Shown piece by piece: positions 25,864 through 39,095 of a stretch of 64,000 nucleotides of DNA (within the stretch, counting starts at the first letter, position 1; each line of letters begins with the position of its first letter). Below the pieces are notes generated by a model. The model was given only the letters and a program-made list of their open reading frames with translations, was not told the origin of the DNA and ran no database searches. The stretch comes from Adineta vaga (lineage: Eukaryota > Animalia > Rotifera), in contig CP075494.1 of assembly GCA_021613535.1 (NCBI GenBank), positions 15,314,001 to 15,378,000 on the forward strand, read 5' to 3'. Position numbers and translations under genes: made by a program.

Positions 25864-26100
25864 TTAAAGTAATGCACAACCACTTGAACACCGACTAAAA
25901 GAAAGTAATGAGTTGATTATTTAGAAAACACGAATTTTTCAAATGATGTTGTTCAAACAAAAACATTTAATTGTTACCTCTTTTGTTTCTTTTTCAACGA
26001 AGTTTCTTGGGCGTCTTGTTCTTGTTCGTCCAATAAACAATAATATAAGTATTGTGCTTGTTACTTATATATGGATAAATTCTTTCTCTTTATTTCTTCT
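25864..26100 (-). pseudogene. Orphan 3' exons ending in a CAAX box (..QYLYYCLLDEQEQDAQETSLKKKQKSRCSSGCALL*)
   Basis: A phase-2 GT-AG intron (25977-25895) joins two segments into a polybasic + CALL* terminus. The upstream frame is blocked by TAA. Confidence 0.35.
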
Positions 26101-26583
26101 ATAGTCACATGTTAGTCAAAAGTATTTGTAAAAAAATATGATCTGCGACGTATTATAGTGACGGAACGAGAACATGTCGTCAACTTTAAAGAATATCGGC
26201 AAAAAAAAGATATTTATTGATGATAAATTGCACAGAAATGTCTATTATGAATAATGAAAAGATATCGATACCAGAGAAACACAATTCACAATCATTTTAC
26301 TTTAAGAATGTAGGCGAGATCCAATGAAGAGATGGAAGTATTCATACTCATCTTTACAACTTTGAACAACTAGATTTAGGGAATTGAGAAAAAAATCAAA
26401 GATTCTTTGTTTTTAAATCGAAAGATTGCTACTTTAGTGGAAATAAATTTCGATGAAATCATAAAAGTAAACAAAAAGATAGAATTCTTCATCTATTCAG
26501 GACAACATTTCATGATATTACCTCTATGGTAAGCACTGAACAGGAGTGAGGTAGTATTTAGATTTTTTCAAGTTTTATTTTAT

Positions 26584-27746
26584 ATGAAAACAATAAGATC
26601 GTCTCATTTATTATTTTCCTACGGTAAGAACAAAACTACATAATTGACCGATATAGACTTTCCGCAAATATCTTTCCTTCCAGGTTTTCTTTGTTCATAT
26701 TGTATCTTGACGATTTCGCAATCGATGTAGGAGAACACAACCGATTAATCCTTGATCTGATGTTTCATCTAGTTGTGAGTTCATGCATTCGAAATGGCTA
26801 TCTCTCGATTTATACTACTTTCTTCCATTGAGTAAAATCAACTAGTAATGGAGAAGTGTGTCAACTTTCCTATCGAATAGATACATACGCTTGGGATCTG
26901 TAATTTTGCTATACAAATCATTGTCCAACTTAATCCAGTACACATAGTATATGTGTATCTGGTTTATTGAACAATTCATTACTGATCTTTCATATGGTTA
27001 AGTATATATGTTTGTTTTAAATTGTACAGAAATTTCCCGGAATACAATTATTTCAGGGTGAGAAAAGATCACTTGAATTTAAGACTAGTTCAGAAGGAAT
27101 CGATGGTATCAACGAACAATACTTGATCTAGTATTATTATGTCTTATTATATGCTTGAAAAAACCATCGAAGTGCGTAAAGTAGAAGTGGGTGATGCAAG
27201 TCCTGTGATAGATATTGTGACACCTAGTCCATTGTATGGATGAATCAAACGTGAAGTGAAATTTATTGCAATCAATCGTTGCTATACAGTAAGGGTAATT
27301 ATGTTCTTTTTTCAGAGTGGAATTATCGTTCTCTTCTTAGCTATATTTTAATCTGGAAAAATCATCAGCCGATACATCTTTCAATGATAGCGGGATTAGA
27401 TGAAATCACAATAGAGCTTCCTACAACAACAGTAACATCAACAAGCATGGTAGATACAACCAGCACAACACATTCGACTACGACTTCTTCTAATAAAATC
27501 CCAACATTGAGCACCATAACATCAATAAATGTCACGAAATTAGACGACAAAAATGGAATTAAACCATCTTCGAAAACTTACATTATTATCCTATGTACTG
27601 TACTTCCCATTGTTTTAGTTATATCGATTGGTATCATCGTCAAAATCAATCTATCATCACCGTCGTGTATTTCTTCTTCCAAGAAACGGCGTTTATACAA
27701 GGATAATTTAGAACTTGAACTAATAAAAGATGATCATTGGTTTTAA
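26584..27746 (+). pseudogene. MAM-mucin paralog of gene 1 with nonsense mutations and stalk deletion (cluster gene 3)
   Basis: Colinear with gene 1 but carries stops (PW>P*, WDLY>WDL*, GW>G*). The 3' ~300 bp is nearly identical to gene 1 22909-23203. Confidence 0.85.
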
Positions 27747-27866
27747 CATTTCTGTGCACGAAAAATTGATAACAATATTAGAGAGATAAACAGATCGTTG
27801 TTACACATGGTAAATGAAATACATTGAAAACATTCACGTTTGTTTGAAAGTAATAGAATAAAACGA

Positions 27867-29709
27867 ATGAAACAACATCTTATCTATTGCTTGTTTTTTG
27901 TAAGATCAGAAATTCTTGTATTAGTTTTATTTAACTCTATCCATTTTAGTTTACATTTCCTTTACATTTATTCATACACGAATTTTGTATGAATGTAATT
28001 TTGATAATGCTATTATCACGAATAGTTGTTTTACTGGTTTGAATATGTTTATGATTGTATCAAAAGGAATAGGAAAGGCGAGTAAAGACACTCCGGTTGC
28101 ACCTTTATCAGATGTGACTTCAAGTGGTAAGATGGACTGTTAAGTTATTTTTTGTAATTGAACTTTTATTCTATAGTTAAATTAACAAGCAATGGTCAGA
28201 AATGTAAATTACCTTACAAAGTAAAAACATTTTCATGGTTTATGTATTTTTGTAATGAGGGCTTTTGTCCAACACAAGCAAATCAAAATACTGCTTGTCA
28301 GCCAGGTTAGTTTTTCGAATCCTTATTTTATTCTCCAAGATGAATTAAACTTTTAGGTCAATTTGGATATTTTGAATTTTGGGCAAATGAATACAAAGTG
28401 AGTTTTCTTCTCAACACACCATCAACTGGCATCAATGGTGTTAATGCACAATGTCTGATTTATTATTATTATATGACAAATATACCTACTATGGTCGACA
28501 AGATTACAGTGAGAAAATTAGAAACAGTAACTGGAACTGCAATTATTGATACTGTGACAAATAGTCCAATTAATGGATGGAACGAACGAAGAGTATCGTT
28601 TAGTGCTTCACGAAGTGGATATAAAGTCTACTAGTTTATTAATTTTGTTCTGTTTCCATCTGATAATTTATTATTTAGATTTATTTTGATTTGGAAAGAG
28701 TATCTGGTCCAATAATAGCGCAATCTTACGTTGCTGTTGATGAAATCTCAATTCATCAAGATGATTGTTGTAAGTGAAAATTATGGAAGTGAAATAGAAG
28801 TTTTTTCAAAATGATTTTAGCTCGTGTAACAACGATTCTATCTACAACAGTTAAAACAACAAAGTCTCCATTGATAACAAGGTTGAATTTTAGAAAATAT
28901 CTTCTTGTAGTAGTTTCTGATTGTGTAGTACGGTCTCAACATCCGTTACAACGACATCTGTGACATCAACAACAGTAATAGATCATATACGAAGCATTAT
29001 ACAATCACTACTAACATATATATTTTCAGACGCATTCAACAACAACTACAGTTTCAACTACAATACAAGTAATGTTTATACATATAGATTCGGTGATAGT
29101 AGAAGTTCATAGTTTGAATAATTGAAGGATACATTTTCAACGATATTACCATCTATTGAGTCAACAATTAGGTTAGGATATGATTTCTTCATTACATGTA
29201 ACGATTCGTTTATATATAGTACTACATCCACAACCATGGCTGAGTCAACTGTGACTACGCCATCAATGACTACACAGATAATCGAAACGACTAGTATTAC
29301 TACTCAATCTTCAATTGTTATGACCTCAATCATTCATGTTACTACGACAGTATCGATATCATTATCCACATTGTCAGTTTCAAAATCGAGTGATAGTTTA
29401 TCAACCGAGCAAAACACTAGGACGCATCCTATGATATCTACTACACGTACTACACAGTCAGTCACAACTATCGGTCATGACAATGATAAAAATTCATCGG
29501 ATAAAACTCTTGTTCTTGCTTTAGCTATCTCAATTCCTTCTTTATTAATTGTAATAGTCGCAAGTATCGGTATTTGGATAAAAACATCCACATCAACAGA
29601 AGCCGGTGTACTTGGTAGTATAGCTCGACCATTTACTAATCTAGGAAAAAAGAATGAATTTTCAAAACTTGTTGAAATGGATGAAATGACTGATAATTAT
29701 CAATTTTGA
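27867..29709 (+). CDS. MAM-like/mucin-stalk type I membrane protein (cluster gene 4); exon-1 phase questionable
   Basis: ILYECNFD, QCLIYYYYM, NGWNERRV, VAVDEISIHQDDC, Thr-rich stalk and TM. The exon 1 donor at 27900 is phase 0 whereas paralogs are phase 1, so the T6 run may be one base short. Confidence 0.65.
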
Positions 29710-30433
29710 CTTATGTTTTAGAGAAGAACGTAAATAAATAACAATTATCCAAACTATCTGTTTCTGCTGCTCTTGTTACATGTGAGACAACTGTTCTATT
29801 ATTTTTCGGAATAATTAAGAAAGAAAAACAGGAAGTGATAATATAGTTTAACAGTACTTTCGTATATATTTCGCATAGAATTAAGTGAGTGAAGATCATT
29901 TTCGGAGATGTCTATGTAGTCTTTAGCACTGGAATTAAAAACTGATAGGAATATACAAGTAATTTCACAGCCACAGAGAACACTATCCAAATCTATTCAG
30001 CTCCGTGAAGATCGATTCATTTCATTTCATCCATCTATAATTGTAATATTCAACTGCAGTTACATGTATTGCTGAAACAGCTCCTAGATTGACCACTTGA
30101 TGCTGTATACAACTGAGAGGTTTTAACTTAAACTACAAGCAAATATGTACTAATTCATCAAATACCTGTAATGAACGGATATTATATCAAAATTCATTGA
30201 CATCTTTATAGAGATAATAATTCAGTAGGGTAAAATGGAACTGTCATTTGACATAGTGATAACGCTCAAAACAATAAATTATCATGCAATAAGTAGGAGG
30301 TAGAAAAATATGACATTGACAACCTGTCTAGATAGAAAATACAATTTGATTGAAACGAAGATAAATATTATCTCATGTAAAACAAAAAATTAAAATATGA
30401 CGAAAGTTCTCTTTTACATTACGATACAAAGAG

Positions 30434-31720
30434 ATGTGGCAATGTTTTACACTCCTTTCTTTTGGTAAGATCTTTATTCATCGATCCTCTCAAATCAAAT
30501 CAAATCAATCAATAATATTCCTTTCAGTTTTCATTCTATTATCATCAGTTCATTCACAAATCTTGTATCAATGCAATTTTGATGCACTTAATGAGAATTG
30601 TTTTACAACAACTATTTCTCTTGTTGCAAGTGCAGGATTTATAGGCACTACACCACCTGGTGGAGCTTTATCAGATGTTTCATCAAGTTGTAAGATTGAT
30701 CAATCTTCCTTCTTTTCACTCACAAGATTATCTCATCATTTTCTTTTCTTTTCACATAGTAAAATCAACACAGAATGGAGAAAACTGTACATTACCCTAT
30801 AAAGTAAATGCTTATACTTGGGATATGTACTTTTGCAATAGAAATTACTGTCCAACATCAAGTGATTCAAATAGTCGATGTAGAGATGGTAAAACCTTTT
30901 CTTCTTTTTAATCAGATCGTTTTCTTCATATTGAATATATTTTCAAGGTAAATACGGTAATGTTTTATTATTGAATAATGATAAAAAGATCTATCAACTA
31001 AAGACTGATACTGGTGGAATCAATGGTATGAATGAACAATGTTTATATTATTATTATTATATGGCTAATCTAACGGAGAAAGTTGTCAATGTACGAAAAG
31101 AAGAAACAGATGGTACAAGTGAAATTATTGATTCGGTGACAAATAGTCCATTTAATGGATGGATACTGCGAACAGTTCAATTCAATGCTCAAGCAACAAA
31201 CTATAAAGTATTGAAATCTTTGAGATAGATGTATTTTCACAATTCTTTTATTTTTCGTCAAGATCTTTTTCGAAGCGCAAAAAATATCTGGAGGTCTATT
31301 TCCCAGTCCCAATATTGGTTTTGATGAAATATCAATTGTACAAGGAAATTGTGGTATGATAATGAAATAGAATGAGACATAGAATTGTGAGATTAATACT
31401 ATATAGGAAGCACACCTGTTACGACTAGTTCATCGTCAACTACAACCACTACTACTACTACCACCACAACAACAACAACTGAAGAGACCACGAAACCGAA
31501 GACAACAACATCGGGTCGTTCTGAAACTGATGATAATAATACAACGTTAACGATTATTTTGGCCACAGTTATTCCTGCTGTTTTTATTGTATCAATTGGC
31601 ATTTTTATATGGATGAAAAAAGCTTCAATAGCAACTTGTTGTACTCATACGGCTATTCAATCATCATCGAATGGTGAAGCAAAAAATGTATTCAAAATGA
31701 ATCATGTTGCACCTGTGTGA
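30434..31720 (+). CDS. MAM-like/mucin-stalk type I membrane protein (cluster gene 5)
   Basis: MWQCFTLLSF.., ILYQCNFD, EQCLYYYYYM, NGWILRTV, IGFDEISIVQGNC, Thr stalk, TM LTIILATVIPAVFIVSIGIFIW and tail ending NHVAPV*. Confidence 0.8.
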
Positions 31721-32699
31721 TCTTTAGAACGAATAAATATATATATTTACTAAAAAATCATTGATATGAAATAAACAATACCGCTATCCATGTCAGAGGG
31801 TGTAATCACTTTACTTTTAACTAGTGGATCCACTCGTTTTTTGCCAAGAAAAAAAGAACGTTGCTATGATCTTTTTCAAGTTAAGAATCTTTGATATAAA
31901 AAAAAGAGCTTGGATCACAATTCTTATTCAATCCTTTGGTTTTCACATCGTAATTTTAGTAAAAATATCTTTTTTCTCTTCGATATTCTTTCTGTTTGTA
32001 AGGCTTCAATTGTTGAAAGAGTCCTTTTTCAATGAAATACAAATTTTACTGAACCTCTACATGATACACAACGTCTCCTGAGTTTTCTATTAGAGATAGA
32101 GAGAGGATCTTACGAAGTTTTCTCAATTTCCATTTCTATATATGTCTCGTAAAGTTGATCATAAGAAAAGCAAGAATTCTCTATATCAGTGACATGCGAT
32201 GAGCAAACAAACTACAAACTGAAAAGACATGGACTCAGTGACATATCAATATATCTTTGCTTTCAGACGAAGAAATCTGTATCAAAAACAGTTATACCTC
32301 CTCCCCTCATGGTGATATCATTGTCATTCCTACTATTCACTTGTGCACACCCTCTCGCTATTGTTATTTCCTTTCCTCTGTATTAGCGTAGATTATATTG
32401 CGAAATATAGTTACATTTCGGATACAAGAGAAACGATTATCAGTATTTGCCCAGTTTAACGTTACACAGTCATATTTTTGTCTTACAGAACACTAAAGAC
32501 GACAAAATTTTAATTACTCTGTTCTCTTCATTTTGTTTCAATCTACCTCTGAATTAATCAATATGGTGCAGAAAAATAGTTCTTATCGAGACTAAACACA
32601 GCAGATATGTTCTTCTATATGATCCATTCATTATTTTAAAATAGCGATGAATAATAGGAGATATACTGAAATAGACCAAAGTATAGTTATGAAATGAAT

Positions 32700-32925
32700 A
32701 CTATATAGGAAATTCACCTGTTACGATTAGTACATTATCAACTACAATAGTACAGATAATAACTACAACTCCGATGATTCTAAAACAAATAATAACACTA
32801 AAACCTTAATAATCATTTTAGCTAATATTCAAAATGAATCGGTTTCACCTGTGTAATCTTCACTTTAAAATTATGAAAATGAAAATATAACTAATACCGC
32901 CATCTATGTTAGAGGATAATCACTT
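32700..32925 (+). pseudogene. Remnant of the last exon and 3' flank of a gene 5 paralog
   Basis: CTATATAGGAAATTCACCTGTTACG.. and ..TTCAAAATGAATCGGTTTCACCTGTGTAA..AATACCGCCATCTATG parallel 31400-31810. Confidence 0.65.
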
Positions 32926-33333
32926 TATTCTGAATGGTTAATAACCTGTTCAACAATAATATTGAGAATGATAAAGGTATTCTCTCGTTCTTGTTCTCTC
33001 CCTCTCGTTCTTCTGTCTCTCCCTCCCTGTTTCTCCCTCCTCTTCTCTCTTACTTTCTCTCTTACCACCGAAAATTTTCTTTTTTTTCTAAGGAAAGATA
33101 TTTTTTTACATCTTATTATTTCTTTATTCTCAAACGAAAATCTTTTGTTTAATAAATCACAAAAATAAGATTCTCATCAAATCTCTCTTTCATTCAATTG
33201 ACCTTGATAATTTCAACAATCTCAATCGTTTTTCCCCCTCTTATTCAGATTATTTGTTTAGATGATCATTATGTAAAGAAAAACAACAACATTACTCATA
33301 ATAAGAACATCGAAGGAGAATCTATATGATATT

Positions 33334-36300
33334 ATGGATTCGACGATTAATACTTCGCAACAAAATTCTTCTTCAATTCTTGATCTTAGTCAACGAACAA
33401 CAACAACAACAACAAATAACAATTCTTCAGATATGATTATTGATAATTGGACCAATGATTCTTCATGTCAATATACGGACACAATATCAGATGAAGAATA
33501 TCTAAAAATTGATTTAAGAAAAGATTTCGATATTGAACAATCCTTAACTGATCAATATCGAAATATTCCAGTCAAAGAAGATTCATTGTCAGATAGTTCT
33601 TATATAAAAAAATCGAAACTTGATCTGTTTCACCAACGAAAAAAGCCTTCGTAAATCTTTTCATATTCTTCCTACAAGTAAAAAACCCAAACTGTCATCT
33701 ATTCTTTTTAGTTCATCATCACCATCACAATTAATTATTCATAATCTTCAACCATCTTTTCAATTTTTTTCATCAACAAATTTTCTTTGGTCAAAATATC
33801 TTTCGTTAGTCAATGAACGTTCAATATCCGATGAATTCTTCGATCATTACTTAGCATCAATTCATTCTGCATTAGAAATCGATATGAAACTTGAATATTG
33901 TTATGATTTACAAAAAGATTTATATTGGTTAACACAAATTCAATTAGTTTCTCATCGATTAATTCTTTTACATTTCGTTGGAATACCTGATGATGATACA
34001 TCGAATGATTTCTGGGCGGATGTTTATGGACAACGTTGTCATCCAATTGGTTGGTGTAGGAATAATAGTAAATTAATGTTACCACCACCAGTTGTTACAA
34101 AACGAGCTTTTCAACAAATAACAACAAATAACAATAGTAATATGATTCTTAATGGAAATGGTAAGAGTGATAATGAAGAATTACAAACTCCATCGGATTA
34201 TTTGTTCAATAAAGTAAATAAGAATAGAACGTTTAGAAAGAATAAGATGACCTTTGTATTCGTCTGTAGGATATTGGTTTAAATCCAGTTGAACAATTAA
34301 AATGTGGTATGATTCTTGAATTTCAAGATTTGAATCGTCCATGGACATTATGGTTTGTTCGAATAATCAACAATCGTGGTGGACGATTACATCTTCGATA
34401 TATTTATTCCACAACTGAACAAGAAAATTTTCATGATATTCATATATTTTATCTTGATTGGCGTATTCATTTTATTGGTTGGACTTCGCAGAATTCTTCT
34501 ATTTATAGTTACGATATTCCATCATGTTTATCCTTAACTTCTGAGAAACAATCGATTATCGATATGTGTTTTATTGAATCTAAACATCAATTTCATCCAA
34601 CAAATCTTTTCAAAGATCAAGAAGAAATTCGTAAACATCGTTTTATTCAAGGTATGAAATTAGAAGTTTTCGATCCGATAACACAAAATATCTACATTGG
34701 TACGATTGGTTCGATTCATAATGAATATTATTTTGATGTTTTGATTGATAATGAGAAAGAATCAAGATTTGTTGGACATGCGACACATCCACATCTTTTA
34801 CCAGTCCATTGGGCAGCAGAACATCGATTTGTATTGATGAAAGGAAAAGGAATTCGTCAATCGGAAGATTATTGGAATAATTATAGTGAAAAAACGGAGA
34901 AAAATGATTTAGCATCGGAACGTTATTTTAATTTGATAACATTAAATTCTACGGGAAATAATCGCGCAGAACCAGGAATGAAAATGGAAATGATCTATAC
35001 AATAAATAATTGTGATCAAATATTTTCAGTTACACTTATTCATGTTATTGATCATTTAATGTGGTTACGAGTTGATAATCCAAGTTTATTTGATGATAAT
35101 GAACATCTTTTCTATCATGTTTTACCAATAAATTCATTGGATGTATTTCCTGTTGGTTGGGCGAAATTTAATGGATTTGATTTAATAACACCAATTGAAT
35201 ATAAAATTCAAATTGAAACTTATCAACAAAATCGATATGAGTAAGAATTTGTACTTACAAAAAATCAATTTCATCTGTTTTTCTTTAGTTTATTTTCTTC
35301 GGTAACTCATTATCCTCGAATACCTCGAGTTTATCTCAATGAAATTTATCAATTAACATTGTATGTGAACATTCGTTGTTTTTCCGGTTCACATTTCTGT
35401 ACTTCACGTCTTGCTCGTATTCCATCTCAATTCGGTCCTGGTCCATATCGTCACGTTCTTATTGATATGTTTCATCATCTTCTTTCCGCATCCTCGACAT
35501 CAACAAATACACTTCGAGCTTTACGTCGTCTTGAATTTTCAGCCAATACATTACATTTCAAAACAGAATATATTAAAGCAGCTAAGAAATCTTCGAAATT
35601 AATTCGACCTATATCAATACCAACAGATCCTTATTTAATTCATCATTATCTTCGTCATATTTGTACACAATTAGAAACATGTCCAAATCTAATCAGTATG
35701 AAACATAATGAATATCATTGTCCAGATAAATGTCATATATTAATTAATACCTTCGGTATGTTCTATCGCGTTAGAAAGAACTTTTTCCAAAGAACTTTTC
35801 TTCTTCTAGCTCTTTCAATTCACTCAAAACATAAACGAACACAACTTCGTACTGCACAAAATCGTCAACGTAAACAAAAATCTTTATTATGTCATTTCAA
35901 ACCCAATTCAATTCCTCCAACAGTTTCTACACCTGTTGCAGAAGAAATATCATCCATTGAGCAAACATCCGAACAACTTTCCAATGATAATTCTCTTCCT
36001 ATACTTCCGCCACCACCTCCCGGAAGTGATCGGAAAACACGTGGTTTTCGTGTTCATATTGAACCACGAACACATACAGTAACACGAACAAATCGAAAAC
36101 AAAAATTATCAATTAAACAAGAACCACGTGAGCCTAAAGAAATTAAAAGTGAACCTTCATCATCAATTGACGAAATTTCCTTAAATAAAGGTTCATTTTC
36201 ATTGATATTGTCAACATTATTCTAGTCTTTGTGATTCCATTTAGAATTATCAAAACGATCTCGTTTAACGAAAAGCAAACGGCCAGTCTCTCCTGTTATA

Positions 36301-36794
36301 ACAATGAATATTTTATCCGATCCATCATCACCACCAAATAAAGCAAAGAAAAAACGACGTTCTCCTCAATTTGTAAATGATTTATCATCTTCAATATCAA
36401 AAATTGAACTTCCTCTCGCGTCAACTCTACTTCAATCAACTTATCCAATTCCTCCGATTGATACACGAAATCCCGTAACTTGGAATGTGAATGATGTTTG
36501 TTCATATTTAAATCAATCAGGATGTTCATTTGCTTTGAAAACAATCAAAGAACAAGTAAGAGCAGAAAAGCAAATATTTTCATTTTCAAATAATTTATTT
36601 TTAAGGAAATTGATGGTGCTGCTCTTCTTCTTCTCGATGATCTACCTAAAGTTCAAGATTTACTTGAATTTAAATTAGGTCCAGCTGTGAAATTTTGTCA
36701 TGTTGTTGAACAACTTCGTACACAAGTTATTGATACATTTCATTCATCTCCTTCATTGAAAACTTCACGTTTATCAACAAAAAATACATCTTAA
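33334..36794 (+). CDS. SFMBT: Scm-like with MBT domains (MBT repeats, SLED, SAM) Polycomb-group protein
   Basis: Repeated MBT motifs (MKLE..., [24 protein letters not shown]), a SLED-like segment ([21 protein letters not shown]) and a C-terminal SAM ([28 protein letters not shown]). Confidence 0.85.
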
Positions 36795-37456
36795 GAAAAG
36801 ACAATTTTGACAGTATGTTTCTATATGTAACGTTCAATCTATCTTTATTTGTTTCATCGGATATTTAAATTCATGTGTTCTATCTGTTTTTTTTGCAAAG
36901 AACTGTATCTTTCTGTTTGTTTACCTGTTTTCTTCTTCCTCTTGTATATTTCTGTTCTATATGTTTCTTCTAAAAAAAAATCAAAGCAGATAAATCATTG
37001 CCAATTTCTCTTATAATTAGAAAATCAATAAGAATATACCGATGATTGGATACGAATAACATAATGTTTTACACCTACGTATACACGACGATTGTACTTA
37101 CCTGTTTGACAAAGACGCTATTCAAATCTTATTTGATGAAATCGGACAGGGTCATTAAACATTCTGACAGAGTGATATTCATACGAAATCTCATTTTTTA
37201 AATGTCAGTTTCGTATTCTTCATGTCTAAGAACAAAAAACGATGCTCGTGATATTTTTGTAAATAGATTGATATTAAAAAGAAATTGATTAGAAGACTGT
37301 CTATCTATTGACAAGGACATTTAGAAAATTATTCATTTCAATATTATATCGAACAGGAAAAATGTGACTCGGTTTTTTCGCTTTCCTTTCCTAGTAATGT
37401 TTTTCAAGCGTATCGGTTTTCTTTTCTCGAAGAAATAATTCAGAAAAGGTAAGAAA

Positions 37457-38530
37457 ATGACTTCACGGTTATCAGTTGTCGTTGAGGAAGAAACGAATAT
37501 TCAGTCGTCATTTTGTTTAGAAAGAAAATGTTTCGTTTTGCGTCGCGACCAACTGGCCGTGGGGACTATTTTGACTCCAACTAAACCTCCGATATCAGCT
37601 TGGGGGTTTATTAAAAAGATTCTTAACGATCGAACATTAGGTTTTGGTTCATTACTTGCTTATACTTTTATTATTGCTCTGCTTCCATTAGCAGTTGCAG
37701 CTCTTGGAATCTTTGGACTTATTCTTAATAGTGATTCAAGTACAAAAGAATCACTTGTTGATTCCATAGCGAATTCCATAGATGATAATACAACAAAAAC
37801 GGCTGTTCGTGAGGTAAGAAAACACATGCTTTTTCTTGAAACTAAACAAGATGAAGACATATTTTAGATAACAGATATAGCTTCGAATAATCTTGCTAAT
37901 GGTGCAGGTGGTATTCTTGCTATCGGTATTATATTTTCACTTTGGGGTGGTTCACGTTTATTCGTTGCAATTGATGAAGTTTTTACTATATTCTATCGTA
38001 CACCAGATCGAGGATTTGTAAAGAAGAATTTAGTCGCAATTGGAATGTTAATTTTATTTATTCTTTTGGTTCTATTAATAATTATTTCAAGTGGTGCACC
38101 ATCGTTTCTTATTAATGCTTTACCCAATCAAAATGGTGCACAATTTGGAATCTTCATTGCAGGAATAGCAATATCAATATCAGTTGCATTTCTTCTATTC
38201 TTCGTTATTTATATACTTGTACCAAACAAAAAAATGAGATTGAAATACACGTGGTGTGGAGCATTGGTTGCAGCGATTTTATTGGATATCTTTTTAATTT
38301 TATTTCCTTTATATATTCGAAGATTTATGGGTTCATTTATTGGTCTCATTGGTTTTGTTGTGATTTTGATCACATTTTTTTATTATTTTTCAATTATTCT
38401 TTTGTTGGGAGCACAAATTAATGCGTATTTTTTTGAACGCATTCAACCATTACCAGAAGGTTTAGGTACTTTTCTTCATCAAGCTGTCACTGTTATGTTA
38501 AGAAGACCAAACCTTCCGATACCAAAGTAA
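37457..38530 (+). CDS. YihY/virulence factor BrkB family membrane protein (bacterial-type), 2 exons
   Basis: LAYTFIIALLP, GIIFSLWGGSRLFVAIDEVF, LFFVIYILVPN..TWCGALVA and LITFFYYFSIILLLGAQIN. One 54-bp phase-0 intron at 37814-37867. Confidence 0.85.
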
Positions 38531-39095
38531 AGTCGATTATCATAACTTTAACACACAGAGAAAAAGTTTTGAAAAATTAATAAAAATTTTCATCTCAGTT
38601 GATTATTTTACGTTAAAACTATAATTTAGAATATCTGTCGGGATAGAAGGGAGTGGGACTCAAAATATCTCAATTTAATGTTACTTCATGACACTATCTT
38701 ATTCACACATATATATGTTTCCCTTCTTTCCTTCTTCTTTATTCCTCACCAGCCACGACGTACACAGTTTGTTTCTTCGCTGTAAAATGTCTCTTCTCTT
38801 TTCTTCATCACTTATTTTTCATTATTTATTTGACTACGGTAGACTTGATTTATCATAGTGAGATTTCTTGAGATACCTTTACATTTCCCGTATTGAGAAT
38901 CTCACACACTCACTGATTTAATTCTGTTTGACATTCTCTATCGAAGAGAGTTTTTGTACTTCTCACTTGATGTTAACCAGAAACAGTAAGAAGAATTCTC
39001 TAGGGAAAATACTAAAGAACATGATAAATCCATTTCAATTCTATCACATAACATTTATTGCTACTTTTAATGTACAAGAAATCGGCTTCTTTTTT

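Noticed and set aside
33620-33711. Apparent programmed frameshift between overlapping SFMBT ORFs
   Set aside because: A 61-bp intron (33651-33711) joins the frames.
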